Shown here: piece by piece, positions 9,366 through 18,880 of the stretch
Layout: each line of letters begins with the position of its first letter
Position numbering within the stretch: position 1 is the first letter of the stretch
Source: an uncultured delta proteobacterium
GTDB lineage: Bacteria > Desulfobacterota > Binatia > Binatales > Binataceae
Reading direction: 5' to 3'
NCBI GenBank assembly: GCA_963794325.1
Contig: CAWCDG010000005.1
Coordinates: 160,001-224,000, forward strand
Length of the DNA: 64,000 bases
Notes under the pieces: generated by a model
Told to the model about the DNA's origin: nothing
The model's database searches: none
What the model saw: only the letters and a program-made list of their open reading frames with translations
Program-made: the position numbers and the translations under genes

Positions 9366-9422
9366 GGTCCCTCACCCGCCGCTCGAAGACGAGCGTCGAC
9401 CTCTCCCCACGTTGGGAGAGGG
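9366..9422. repeat. Direct copy of the 8213 repeat
   Basis: ggtccctcacccgccgctcgaagacgagcgtcgacctctccccacgttgggagaggg; 45 of the first 47 nt match 8213-8259. Confidence 0.85.
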
Positions 9423-9430
9423 AATGCGGG

Positions 9431-10785
9431 GTACAGACCGGGAGGATCGGTAACAGAATAGACCGGCAGGATGGGTAACAGATTGAATGCTACGGCAGGA
9501 GGAGCGAAGCGATGCCGTGGCGGGAGGTCTGTTCGATGGACGAGAAGATGCGGTTGATGGTGGCGCTGTCGGCCGAAGAGGAGAGCGTGACGGAGCTGTG
9601 CGAGGACTTCGGCATCAGCCGCAAGACCGCGTACAAGTGGTGGGCGCGTTACCGGCAGTTCGGCCCTGAGGGACTGAAGGAACGATCGCACGCGCCGGCG
9701 CTGGTGCCATGGGCGATATGCGACGCCCAGGCCGAGGCGATCATCGCAGTGCGCCGGGCGCATCCGAGTTGGGGACCGAAGAAGCTGCGCGCCAGACTCA
9801 GCCAAAGCGCGCCCAACCAGAGCTGGCCGGCGCCGAACACCATCGGAGAGTTGCTGCGCCGCGAACAACTCAGCCAGCCGCGCAAGCGGCGGCGCAGCGC
9901 GCGACCGTCGCCGATCCCCTTGCGCACGGCATTGGCGCCCAACGACATCTGGTGTACCGATTTCAAGGGCCCGTTCCATACCCAGGACGGCATGCGCTGC
10001 GATCCCTTCACTCTGACCGACGCCTACAGCCGCTACCTGTTATGCGTCAAGGCGGTCAATAAAGCTGGCTACGACGACTGCCGCAGCGAGCTGGAGCGGG
10101 TGTTTCGGGAGTACGGCCTGCCACGCGCGATCCGCTCGGATAACGGTCCACCGTTCGCCTCGAGCGGGGTGACCGGACTCAGTCGGCTGTCGGTGTGGTG
10201 GCTAAAGCTCGGCATCATGCCGGAGCGGATCGAACCGGGCAGGCCAGAGCAGAACGGGCGGCACGAACGGATGCACAAGACGCTCAAGGCCGAATGCGCC
10301 AGTCCGCCGCAAGCCGACCGTGGCTCGCAGCAGAATCGCTTCGATCAGTTCCGCGAAGAGTTCAATCAGCAGCGGCCACACGAGGCGCTGGGTCAGACCG
10401 CGCCGGCGACGCACTATACACCGTCGCCGCGCAGCTATCCGTCCAGGCTCGAGGATCCCGCCTATCCGGCCGACTACCAGCCGCGGCGCGTGCGCCACAC
10501 CGGCGATATCAAATGGCAGGGGGAATCGGTCTTCCTGAGCGAGACTTGAGCAATGAGGTAGTAGGAATAGTTGAAACCGATGAGGGAGATGCGGTGGCCT
10601 ACTACGGACCGCTGATACTCGGGCTCATCGACGGCGTCAGCTTAAAACTGCGCCGCCTGCAGCCTGCCAGCAGTTCCACAGTCGGGCGAGGGGGGCAGCC
10701 CCCCTCGCGCTCCTCCCCGTCAAACTCAGAAATAGTGTTACCTATCATGCCGGTCTAAAGTGTTACCGATCATCCCGGTCGCTCA
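9431..10785 (+). mobile_element. IS481-family insertion sequence
   Basis: Imperfect inverted ends with internal repeats: left gaccgggaggatcggtaaca..gaccggcaggatgggtaaca, right tgttacctatcatgccggtc..tgttaccgatcatcccggtc. Possible CGGG duplication (9427-9430, 10786-10789). Exact ends uncertain by a few nt. Confidence 0.85.
9512..10758 (+). pseudogene. IS481 DDE transposase, frameshifted near 10545
   Basis: MPWRE.. HTH start, WCTDFKG, IRSDNGPPF, EQNGRHERMHKTLK. Stop at 10549; the expected tail LSNEVVGIVETDEG..YYGPLILG continues in another frame. Confidence 0.8.
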
Positions 10786-10789
10786 CGGG

Positions 10790-11635
10790 CTACGGGTGAA
10801 GCACGACGTTGTCGATCAAGCGGGTTTTGCCGACGCGGGCGGCGATCGCGATCAGGATTGGACGATCGAGCGACGGGTGGCGCGCGAGAGTTTCGGCGTC
10901 CACGGCTTCGACATATTCGATCGTAATGCCTTTCATTCGCTTCAGCACGCGGGTTGCCGCGAAGACGATTTCCTCGGCGCAGCATGGGTCGGTGCGATGC
11001 TGGTCGCGGGCGGCGCGGAGCGCGAGGCTTAGTGCGAGTGCGTCTTCGCGCTCGGTTGGCGACAGGTATGCATTGCGCGAGCTCATCGCGAGCCCGTCTT
11101 TTTCGCGAACGATCGGTACGGGTAGGATTTCGACGTCGAAGTTCAAGTCGCGGACCATCTTCTGAATCGCGCGGAGTTGCTGGAAATCTTTTTCGCCGAA
11201 TACGGCGATATGCGGTTTGACGATGTTGAAGAGCTTGGCGACCACCGTCGTCACGCCGCGGAAGTGGCCGGGGCGATGCGCGCCGCACAGACCCTCAGTA
11301 ATCTCGCCGGCGTCCACCCAGCTTTGCGCGTCAGGCGAGTACATCGCAGCGGGCTCGGGCGCGAACACTACGTCCACCGGCACAGTCTCGAGCATCGCGC
11401 AGTCGCGCCCGAAGTTGCGCGGGTAGCGCGCGAAGTCCTCGCCGGGACCGAACTGTGTCGGGTTGACGAAAATCGACGCGACCAGAACCGACGACTGACG
11501 GCGGCCTTCGCGCATCAGGGTCAGATGACCGTCGTGCAGAAAGCCCATCGTTGGAACGAGTGCGATTCGTTCGCCACTTTGACGAGCGCTTTCCGCGTAG
11601 CGGGTCATTTCGTCGGGCGAGGTAATGACGTTCAT
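10790..11635 (-). CDS. panC: Pantoate-beta-alanine ligase
   Basis: VPTMGFLHDGH, SIFVNPTQF, RPGHFRGV, FGEKDFQQ, GLAMSSRN, RLIDN. Confidence 0.97.
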   Translation of the reverse strand: MNVITSPDEMTRYAESARQSGERIALVPTMGFLHDGHLTLMREGRRQSSVLVASIFVNPTQFGPGEDFARYPRNFGRDCAMLETVPVDVVFAPEPAAMYSPDAQSWVDAGEITEGLCGAHRPGHFRGVTTVVAKLFNIVKPHIAVFGEKDFQQLRAIQKMVRDLNFDVEILPVPIVREKDGLAMSSRNAYLSPTEREDALALSLALRAARDQHRTDPCCAEEIVFAATRVLKRMKGITIEYVEAVDAETLARHPSLDRPILIAIAARVGKTRLIDNVVLHP

Positions 11636-12471
11636 CGCGAGGCCCTCCTTGATTCGGCGTAGCAGTGTTCCGGCGCGGGGAACGCGCGCTCCTTCACTTC
11701 GCGCACGTAGGCTCGCGCAGCGGACGCCGCGTCATTCCACAGATGCGCGAACGGCTTGGCGAAGCGCGGGGCGCACGACTCGTAAAGCCCGAGCATGTCG
11801 TGCATCACGAGCACCTGGCCGTCGCAATCGGGACCGGCGCCGATGCCGATAGTCGGGATGGTGATGCTGGCGGTTATCTCGCGCGCCAACGAGGGCGGCA
11901 CACCTTCGACCACGATCGCGAATGCGCCCGCGGCCTCAAGCGCGGCGGCGTCTTCGAGCAGTCGCTCGCGGCATCCTGCGGCGCGTCCGGATTTGCGGCC
12001 TTGCACGCGATGCCCACCCATCCGATGTATCGATTGCGGCGTCAGTCCGACGTGGCCCATCACCGGAATATCGACCGCCGCGATTCGCGCGACTGCGCCG
12101 GCAATCGCGACGCCGCCTTCGAGCTTCACCGCCTCGGCGCCGCCTTCCTTGACGAGACGGCCGGCGTTGCGCAGGGCGTCTTCGGGGCTGATTTGATACG
12201 AGAGAAACGGCATGTCGGCGACCACCAGCGCGCGGCGTCGCGCCCGGGCGACCGCGCGAGTGTGATAGATGACCTCGTCGATCGTGACGGCGAGCGTAGT
12301 GTCTTCGCCGCGCACCGCCATCCCGAGGCTATCGCCGATGAGAAGCACGTCGACGCCGCAGTTGTCGAAAATTCTCGCGAACGGAAAGTCGTACGCGGTC
12401 AGCATCGTGATCGGCTGCCGCGCGGCCTTCATGCGGGCGAGATCGGGCACGCGAACTTTTTCTTGCGTCAC
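11632..12471 (-). CDS. panB: 3-methyl-2-oxobutanoate hydroxymethyltransferase
   Basis: MLTAYD, LIGDSLG, VADMPFLSY, AVKLEGG, GHVGLTPQ, IGIGAGPDCDGQVLV; GTG 12471 follows GGAG. Confidence 0.97.
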   Translation of the reverse strand: MTQEKVRVPDLARMKAARQPITMLTAYDFPFARIFDNCGVDVLLIGDSLGMAVRGEDTTLAVTIDEVIYHTRAVARARRRALVVADMPFLSYQISPEDALRNAGRLVKEGGAEAVKLEGGVAIAGAVARIAAVDIPVMGHVGLTPQSIHRMGGHRVQGRKSGRAAGCRERLLEDAAALEAAGAFAIVVEGVPPSLAREITASITIPTIGIGAGPDCDGQVLVMHDMLGLYESCAPRFAKPFAHLWNDAASAARAYVREVKERAFPAPEHCYAESRRASR

Positions 12472-12506
12472 TTTTTTCTCCGAGCGCTCAGTTGCTCTCA
12501 CTTACT

Positions 12507-12546
12507 AAAAAAGAAAAACGGGGCTGCCGCGCGACCGGCAACCCCG
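12507..12546 (-). terminator. Intrinsic terminator/attenuator in the panB leader
   Basis: Minus strand CGGGGTTGCCG-gtcgcg-CGGCAGCCCCG followed by TTTTTCTTTTTT. Confidence 0.85.
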
Positions 12547-12574
12547 CATCAGAGCGTCCTCGAATGAACGAGGG

Positions 12575-12632
12575 CTCGAATCACTCGGAGTCCCGGTCCT
12601 TATCGGATCCAGGCGCGAGCAGACTACGAAAC
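12575..12632 (-). ncRNA. pan-type cis-regulatory RNA motif
   Basis: Minus strand CGCCTGGATCCgataaGGACCGGGAC hairpin with bulged purines, 5' of panB and upstream of a terminator; matches my recollection of the pan motif. Confidence 0.7.
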
Positions 12633-12693
12633 CTAAATGTCCTCTCTCAGCACCGTCTCGCCGGGAAAAAATCTTCCTCGACGGACCGGTTCA

Positions 12694-12724
12694 ATTATAT
12701 AGAGAAAGCGGACGCGCGCGTAAA
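12694..12724 (-). promoter_or_regulatory. Putative sigma-70 promoter of panBC
   Basis: Minus strand TTTACG-19 nt-TATAAT; spacer is long. Confidence 0.4.
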
Positions 12725-12763
12725 GCGGGAAATTGCGCGCGAGCATTGCGAGTGATGATCAGC

Positions 12764-12845
12764 AACCTAACCCCTAACCCCTTCCCGAGCGGGAAGGGGG
12801 ACCGGATTGGGGAGAGTAACCTCTTCCCGAGCGGGAAGGGGAACA
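12764..12845. repeat. Tandem palindromic repeats, CTTCCC..GGGAAG variant
   Basis: aacctaacccctaaccccttcccgagcgggaagggg followed by aacctcttcccgagcgggaaggggaac. Confidence 0.75.
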
Positions 12846-12861
12846 ATCGCGGAGGCTTCGA

Positions 12862-13686
12862 TCAGTTGGTGGCTTGGAGGATGGTGGTGGGGACTGGCAT
12901 CGTCACCTGGACGCGTTTGCCGTCGCGCAGGATGCTCAGGTAAACGACCTCGCCGGGTTGCAGATCGTGCATGCGATCCTGGAAGTCGAGAAAGTTCGTC
13001 ACGCGCGAGCCGTCGACGCCGATGATCATGTCGTAGCTCTCGCCGACTTGCATGTAGTCGAGCGCGGGAATCACCACCACCGACAAACCGCCCGAGAAAA
13101 CCGCACCCACCATCGCAGCCGCCGCGAGCGCGTCGTGGACAGTGTGATTGTAGGGGCGCAGACCGACTGCCGCGGCCGGGCTGCCCTTCGCGACGGTAGT
13201 GATCAGCAGGCCGTCGGCCTCCTCACCGGTCTTGAGCGAGCGCTTCGCTTCGCGCAGTTGCATTCCAAACGGAGTCGAAAGCTCGCCCTCGCTATCGAAC
13301 TCCTGCAAGGCTTTGAGCTGCTCCGGCGGCATCCCACTCTGCTCTTCCTGGTAACGCGCGACTTCGCTGCCGTCGTTGGAATCAGGCCCGCCACTCGCTG
13401 ACTGCTGCTGCGAGGCGTCAGGACTGGCGGGCGCAATCTCCGTAGCGCCGGACGGCGTGGGGTCATTGTCGAGCGGGGTCGCAACCATGTTCGACGGGCC
13501 GCTGGCGGTTGGGCTTGCGGCTGCAGACGCGGCTGCGATCCTCCAGGTGTCGGATGCGGTGGTATCGACGGCGGATTGCGCGGATGCGACAGAGCTAACT
13601 AGCAGGACCAGCAGCATCGCGGCGAGCGATGCGGCGAGCGCGCGATACTCACGCGGCTTGCTAGCTAAGGCTCCAGCGCTTTTCAT
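12862..13686 (-). CDS. Exported PDZ-domain protein
   Basis: Signal-like N-terminus, low-complexity linker, GLLITTVAKGSPAAAVGL...DMIIGVDG..V..LSILRDGK. Confidence 0.7.
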   Translation of the reverse strand: MKSAGALASKPREYRALAASLAAMLLVLLVSSVASAQSAVDTTASDTWRIAAASAAASPTASGPSNMVATPLDNDPTPSGATEIAPASPDASQQQSASGGPDSNDGSEVARYQEEQSGMPPEQLKALQEFDSEGELSTPFGMQLREAKRSLKTGEEADGLLITTVAKGSPAAAVGLRPYNHTVHDALAAAAMVGAVFSGGLSVVVIPALDYMQVGESYDMIIGVDGSRVTNFLDFQDRMHDLQPGEVVYLSILRDGKRVQVTMPVPTTILQATN

Positions 13687-14542
13687 GCTCCACCACGCGG
13701 CCCTCTCGCTCGAGCTTCTTCAGATGAGAGCGGATCGAGCTGGCGGCCGCGGCGTGCAGATACTCCGGATAGTCAACGTATATCTTCTTGACGATTGCCA
13801 TCGCGTCGAGCGGTCCGGCATCGCCGGCGAGCGCCTCGAGCACCTGGCGTTCGCGCAATTCGCGATGAGCAATGTACTCGCCGATCTTTTCTTTCGGATT
13901 GCGGATGACCGGTCCGTGCGCCGGATAAATCGTCTCGAGGTCGAGCGCGAGCAGGCGCTTCAGCGAGTCCATGTACTCGCCCAAATCGCCGGTATCGTCC
14001 GGAATAACTGTGGTACCCGCACCCAGCACGACGTCCCCCGTGAACAGCGCGCGCTCTTCCTCAAGGTAGTAGCACAAATGATCGGGGGCGTGACCAGGGG
14101 TGAATACCGCGCGCAGGGTAGCGCCTTCGGTGTGCACGACAGCGTCGTGGCCGATCGGGGAAATCTCGCCGGCCGGGGCGTCGTGGCCCGCCCACGGCAT
14201 CTTCAGCACTTCCATCTCGCCGAATTTTTCCGTGACCTGCCTGACGCCTCCCAAATGATCGACGTGCGCGTGAGTGAGCACGATTCGCTCGATCTCAGTC
14301 GCGCCGGAAAGTTCTTTGAGACCGGCCTCGAGCAGGTCAGGGTAAATCGCGACGCCCTGCCCCGTGTCCAGGAGTATCGGACGCTTCGAGGTGCCGACGA
14401 TCCAGGTGTTGGTGCCGGGTCCGGTGAACGGACTCGGATTCTGGCCGAGCACAGTCGCGACGCGCGGCGAGACGCGCTGGTAGTCCGGCATCTTGAGACC
14501 GATCATCGAATCGGTCACGACTCTGCCCTGCTTGCTCATCAA
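13661..14542 (-). CDS. MBL-fold metallo-hydrolase (LACTB2-like)
   Basis: NPSPFTGPGTNT, THAHVDHLGG, TPGHAPDH, FTGD, YPAHGP and a C-terminal winged-helix-like segment. Confidence 0.9.
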   Translation of the reverse strand: MMSKQGRVVTDSMIGLKMPDYQRVSPRVATVLGQNPSPFTGPGTNTWIVGTSKRPILLDTGQGVAIYPDLLEAGLKELSGATEIERIVLTHAHVDHLGGVRQVTEKFGEMEVLKMPWAGHDAPAGEISPIGHDAVVHTEGATLRAVFTPGHAPDHLCYYLEEERALFTGDVVLGAGTTVIPDDTGDLGEYMDSLKRLLALDLETIYPAHGPVIRNPKEKIGEYIAHRELRERQVLEALAGDAGPLDAMAIVKKIYVDYPEYLHAAAASSIRSHLKKLEREGRVVEHEKRWSLS

Positions 14543-14557
14543 AGGTCCCTTTAATTC

Positions 14558-15328
14558 CTAGCGCCGGTTGCGCTCAAATATCAGCCGCAATCCTTTCAAT
14601 GTCAAAAACTCGTCGACCTCTTCAATCGTTTCGCTTTCGGGCGCGATCAGTTCGGCGAGGCCGCCGGTCGCGATTACGCGCGCTTTTTCGCCGCGCTCTT
14701 TCAGGATCCGCGCGACCAGGCCGTCGACCAGCGCCGTGTAACCGAAGATAAGCCCCGACTGGATCGAGCCGACCGTGGTGCGGCCGACCGCCTCGCGCGG
14801 GCGGACCAGCTCGACGCGATAGAGCTTCGCGGCGTGCTCGATTAACGCGTTCATCGAGACGCCAAGGCCTGGCGCGATTGCGCCGCCGGCGTATTCGCCC
14901 TTGCCGGTCACGTAGTCGAACGTCGTCGCAGTGCCGAAATCGACGACGATTGTCGCGCATGCGTAGCGCTCGTAGGCGGCGACCGCGTTGACGATTCGGT
15001 CCGCGCCAACCTCCTTCGGATTTTCGTAGAGGATCGGCATCCCGGTTTTAATTCCCGGGCCGACCATCAGCGGCGAGCAATGGAAATAGCGCTCCGCGAG
15101 TTGCTCCATCACCTGGTTGAGCGGAGGGACCACGCATGCGATCGCGACGCCTTCAGGCTTGACACCGCCCTCGAGACCGGCGCCGGCGAGAAGAGTGTTG
15201 AGCAGCGCGCCATGCTCGTCCGTCGTGCGATCGGGAACAGTCGAGATGCGCCAGTGATTGCGCAGCCGCTCGCCTTCGTAAATTCCAATCACGGTATGGC
15301 TGTTGCCAACGTCAACCGTTATCAGCAT
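14558..15328 (-). CDS. coaX: Type III pantothenate kinase
   Basis: [38 protein letters not shown]. Confidence 0.95.
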   Translation of the reverse strand: MLITVDVGNSHTVIGIYEGERLRNHWRISTVPDRTTDEHGALLNTLLAGAGLEGGVKPEGVAIACVVPPLNQVMEQLAERYFHCSPLMVGPGIKTGMPILYENPKEVGADRIVNAVAAYERYACATIVVDFGTATTFDYVTGKGEYAGGAIAPGLGVSMNALIEHAAKLYRVELVRPREAVGRTTVGSIQSGLIFGYTALVDGLVARILKERGEKARVIATGGLAELIAPESETIEEVDEFLTLKGLRLIFERNRR

Positions 15329-15427
15329 GACAAATCCCCGTCCGATCGGCTTCGTCGATAGCGACGCGATCGGGCACAGATAATAGCGCGCTGACTCGAG
15401 GTAAAAGAAACGGCCGCGACGCGGGGC

Positions 15428-16054
15428 TTAGTGATGGAATCCGAACGGACTCGACGCCATCCCCATCATTGGACTGCCCGCGGGACGCGCGAACGCAGAC
15501 ATCGTAGGAGGATTCATCCACGGCCCCTGGCTTAGCGGAGGGCGCGCAGCCTGGGTCAGAGGGCTGCTCATCGGCACATAGGCAGATGCGGGAACCGGCG
15601 ACGGCGGCACTGCCGTTCGCGCCACAGTTACCGGATAAGGGTACGGATACACCGCGTACGGAATCGCATAGACTTGCTGGTTCTGGTAGTCGTTCGCGTC
15701 GCCCCAGTCTTGATCAGGCGAGTCGGAGCTGGCGGTGTCGTCATCGTACACCGACGGCGGAGAACCCGGCTGCGGAGCGTTGATGGTCTGATCGTTGGGG
15801 TCATCACCGGCGCTCGCAGTTGGAGCGTTGCACGGGGCTGAAGGGTCGTCCCCGGTGCACGCCGTCTGGGGAATCTCGAGGACCTTGTCGGCCGATGCCG
15901 CGTCCTCATCTATCATCGGGCCAGTGCGATCCCAACTGGCATCGACGCTGGTGCCGGTGACGGAATCGGGATCGTCCTGCGAAAAGGCTGAGCGCGCATT
16001 CACAAACAAGGTGAGCGCGAGCGCTGAACAGATTGCGATGATCACTCGCTTCAT
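15428..16054 (-). CDS. Secreted low-complexity hypothetical protein
   Basis: Signal peptide MKRVIIAICSALALTL, then D/P/S-rich sequence. Confidence 0.65.
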   Translation of the reverse strand: MKRVIIAICSALALTLFVNARSAFSQDDPDSVTGTSVDASWDRTGPMIDEDAASADKVLEIPQTACTGDDPSAPCNAPTASAGDDPNDQTINAPQPGSPPSVYDDDTASSDSPDQDWGDANDYQNQQVYAIPYAVYPYPYPVTVARTAVPPSPVPASAYVPMSSPLTQAARPPLSQGPWMNPPTMSAFARPAGSPMMGMASSPFGFHH

Positions 16055-16155
16055 GAATCGACAGTACCACTCGATTCGAGGAGCGCCAAGACGAAATCTG
16101 TAGCGCGCAAGGATAAGGTTTGCACGCTCGCCGCGAGCGGCTAAGATTCCGCGTT

Positions 16156-16900
16156 ATGTCAGAAGCAAAAGTCGCATTGGTAACCGGCGCAGGCCGCGGC
16201 ATCGGCCGCGACATCGCGCTCCGGATGGCAAAAGAAGGATACGCGGTCGGGCTGATCGCGCGGACCAAGTCGCAACTCGACGAAACCGCCGAGCTGATTC
16301 GCGCGCAAGGCGGCAAGGCGGTCGTGACGCCCACTGACGTATCGAAACGCGAGCAGGTCGTCGCGGCGGTCGAGATTGTCGAGCGCGAGCTCGGACCGAT
16401 CTCCGTGTTGATCAACAACGCGGGCGCATACCTGCGCAAACGGTTCACTGAAATCACCGAAGAGGATTTCGACTTCCAGCTCAAGGTGAACGCCTACGGG
16501 CCGTTTTTCTGCACGCAAGCCGTCATCGGCAAGATGGCCGAGCGCAAAGCGGGGACGGTGATCTTCGTGCTGGGATCGGAGTCGCGCAGCGGACCGGCGC
16601 AATACTCGGCGTACAATGCGTCGAAGCTGGCGCAGCGGGCGATCGCGGAGTCAGTGGCCTACGAGTTCATGCATCTCGGGAGTGCATGCCGCCGCGCTCG
16701 ACGTCGATGGGGCGGTGGACAGTGCGCGAGTGCGCGAATCGATGCCCGATGTGGATCCATCGCATTTCGTTCCGCCGGCGGCGATATGCGATGAGATCGT
16801 GCATCTGATCAATCAGTCGAAAAGCGCGTGGACGTTTCAGGTGGACCTGCGAGCGTTCGTGCAATGGCGTCCGCGCGTCGCGCCGAAGAAAAAAGTCTGA
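16156..16900 (+). CDS. SDR-family oxidoreductase (apparent +1 frameshift near 16680)
   Basis: TGAGRGIG, NNAG, YNASK; the C-terminus GVHAAALDVDG..AWTFQVDLR lies in a second frame after ctcgggagtg. Confidence 0.85.
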
Positions 16901-17002
16901 CCGCCCGCGCACACGCGGGCAGATGCGTGGTGTTAGTTTCAAAATCGCTACGGTCGGTCCAAAAATGGCGCAGCTACCACGAATCAGAGCTTCTGGTTTT
17001 AT

Positions 17003-17164
17003 AGTGGGGCGGGCCGCCGTGCCCGCCATGGATGCGCGGGCGTCCGTGCCCGCGCTTACCAATGAATGACTCATCTAACTTCTACCGCAGACGCCTGCCA
17101 ACACTACCGCGAGCGGGAGGCTATATATTTCGGAGGGAAGGCGGGCACGGCGGCCCGCCCCACT
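17003..17164. repeat. REP-like inverted doublet
   Basis: agtggggcgggccgccgtgcccgcc (17003-17027) is the exact reverse complement of 17140-17164; a related hairpin lies at 17034-17055. Confidence 0.85.
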
Positions 17165-17227
17165 GAACCCAGGACACTTCCGCCAGGTGTGGTCTTGTCG
17201 CCATCGAGAATATAATGTTCGACGCGT

Positions 17228-17304
17228 CGGGGTGTGGCGCAGACTGGTAGCGCACTCGCTTGGGGTGCGAGTGGTCGCCGGTTCAAATCCGGCCACCCCG
17301 ACCA
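17228..17304 (+). tRNA. tRNA-Pro (GGG)
   Basis: CGGGGTG/CACCCCG acceptor stem, anticodon arm ctcgc-ttGGGgt-gcgag, GTTCAAATC T-loop, encoded CCA; TATAAT at 17211-17216. Confidence 0.97.
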
Positions 17305-17539
17305 ATTCATCACCATCCCTCCACCGACGAGACTGGCGTCTCGTACAGCACTTGACGCTCGCGAGACTGATCGGGGAAAATGGCGTCACGGCGCCGACCG
17401 GTCGCCGAGCTGTGGAACATCCGCCCCAGCCGGGGTTCCATTGGCGAAGGGGAAACTGCCCTCACGGTCGTCGATGTCCAGGCCATCTCTCTTAATACCG
17501 CGTCGCTGGGGGACGAGGGTGTAAAGAGGAGGCTTGTCC

Positions 17540-18607
17540 ATGACCAAGCACGGCAGTTTCAAGAAGGTTGTCCGGCGCCACGCGCACGACACCGGTCAGC
17601 GCTACACCGAAGCGCTCACCGACCTTGAAGGGCTCCAAGCCCGGATGTTTCACCAGCCCGTGGGTGAGCGTCTAGTCGCCCATCTCCGGGATCACTACGG
17701 CATCGACGCGGTCGCCGCGACGAAGGCCAGTCAGCACCATGACCACGTCTTTCGCGTTGACCGCCGCGACGGCGACCCGTGGATTGCGCGCGCGTTCTCG
17801 CCGGCCCGCCCGCGGGCCGGCGTCGAAGGCGACGCGGCGATCATGCGGTTTCTGGAGCGGCAGGACTACCCGGCGGAGCGGCTCGCGACCGACGACGCGG
17901 TGTCGGCGTTCGACGACTCGACCGTCCTCGTCACCCGATTCGTCCCCGGCGGGCCGCTCCCGGTGGCCGTCGGACACGAGGGCAGCGAGAAGTTCGCCAT
18001 CATGGGTGACCTGCTCGGACGGCTGCATACCCTGCCGTTCGACGAGTCCATCAGCCGCCCCGGTGGGGCGAGCGGCGATGATCCCAGCCGCGAGGGCAGC
18101 CCGCGTCAGGACCTCATGGCGGCCCTCGCGTTCCTCGACGCGGTCCACACGAAGGTCGCTCCGGCCGAGCGCGAGCGATTCGAGCGGCTCCGCGACCAGG
18201 TGCGCTCGGCCGACTACGGCCAGGGCCTGCCCGAGGCGTTGCTGCACGGCAACCTCCTCCACGCTCCGGATCACGTGATCGTGGGCGAGCAAGGGCCGGT
18301 GGCCATCAACTGGAAGGCAGCCGGATGCGGCCCGCGCCTGGTGGACTTTGCCTGGCTTATGTGGGGCACCTGGGGCAACGCGGACTGGATCAAGCTGGCC
18401 GTAGGCGCGTACCGCCAGCACGTCGAGTTGACCGACGACGAGCTCGAGCGGCTCGAGGCGGTGATGTACATACGGCCGCTGTACCTGGGTTGCTTCAGCT
18501 ACCGGCGTGACCTGGTCAACGGCCGCCCGCCCAAAGAAGTGTGGGGCTTCGTTAACCCCGAGCACATCGGCGCAATCGCAGCCGCGACCCGAGCCGCCTT
18601 CCGCTGA
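17540..18607 (+). CDS. APH/choline kinase-like phosphotransferase with a short N-terminal helical domain
   Basis: LLHGNL (HGD variant), AINW, LVDFA; N-terminal MTKHGSFKKVVRRHAHDTGQRYTEAL; GAGGAGG RBS. Confidence 0.75.
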   Translation: MTKHGSFKKVVRRHAHDTGQRYTEALTDLEGLQARMFHQPVGERLVAHLRDHYGIDAVAATKASQHHDHVFRVDRRDGDPWIARAFSPARPRAGVEGDAAIMRFLERQDYPAERLATDDAVSAFDDSTVLVTRFVPGGPLPVAVGHEGSEKFAIMGDLLGRLHTLPFDESISRPGGASGDDPSREGSPRQDLMAALAFLDAVHTKVAPAERERFERLRDQVRSADYGQGLPEALLHGNLLHAPDHVIVGEQGPVAINWKAAGCGPRLVDFAWLMWGTWGNADWIKLAVGAYRQHVELTDDELERLEAVMYIRPLYLGCFSYRRDLVNGRPPKEVWGFVNPEHIGAIAAATRAAFR

Positions 18608-18777
18608 CTGCGCGCGGTTTCTTCGGCTCAGCTACGCGCGCGCGAGCCTCCGGAAAAATGTGCCCACTTTTGTTCCGCCCTCCGGATCGTCGGGTAAAAT
18701 TTTCTCAGTTCCAAAAGCCTTTGAATGGCGCGGGTTCGCGTTCCAAGGATTGTCTACGCCTTCAGTGCGAAAATCGA

Positions 18778-18793
18778 TGGCATAGTTTTCGCT
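18778..18793 (+). promoter_or_regulatory. Putative sigma-54 (-24/-12) promoter
   Basis: TGGCATagtttTCGCT, GG-N10-GC, about 90 nt upstream of the GT4 gene. Confidence 0.55.
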
Positions 18794-18880
18794 TCTTTTG
18801 CGCGCAAATACCTTTGATTTCGAAGCGCTGCTTGCGCTTACAAGGGGAATTTTCTTGCGGCATCAAGTGAGCGCGGAGAG

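Noticed and set aside
8121-9422. Repeats as a CRISPR array
   Set aside because: Only 2-3 copies, mixed orientation, irregular spacing up to about 1.1 kb, and no cas genes.
8101-9430. Target duplication gaatccgg/gaatgcgg around an 8121-9422 composite element
   Set aside because: One mismatch and asymmetric distance from the repeats; much weaker than the DUF559 case.
10530-10560. Programmed frameshift in IS481
   Set aside because: No slippery run at the site, and IS481 transposases are normally one ORF.
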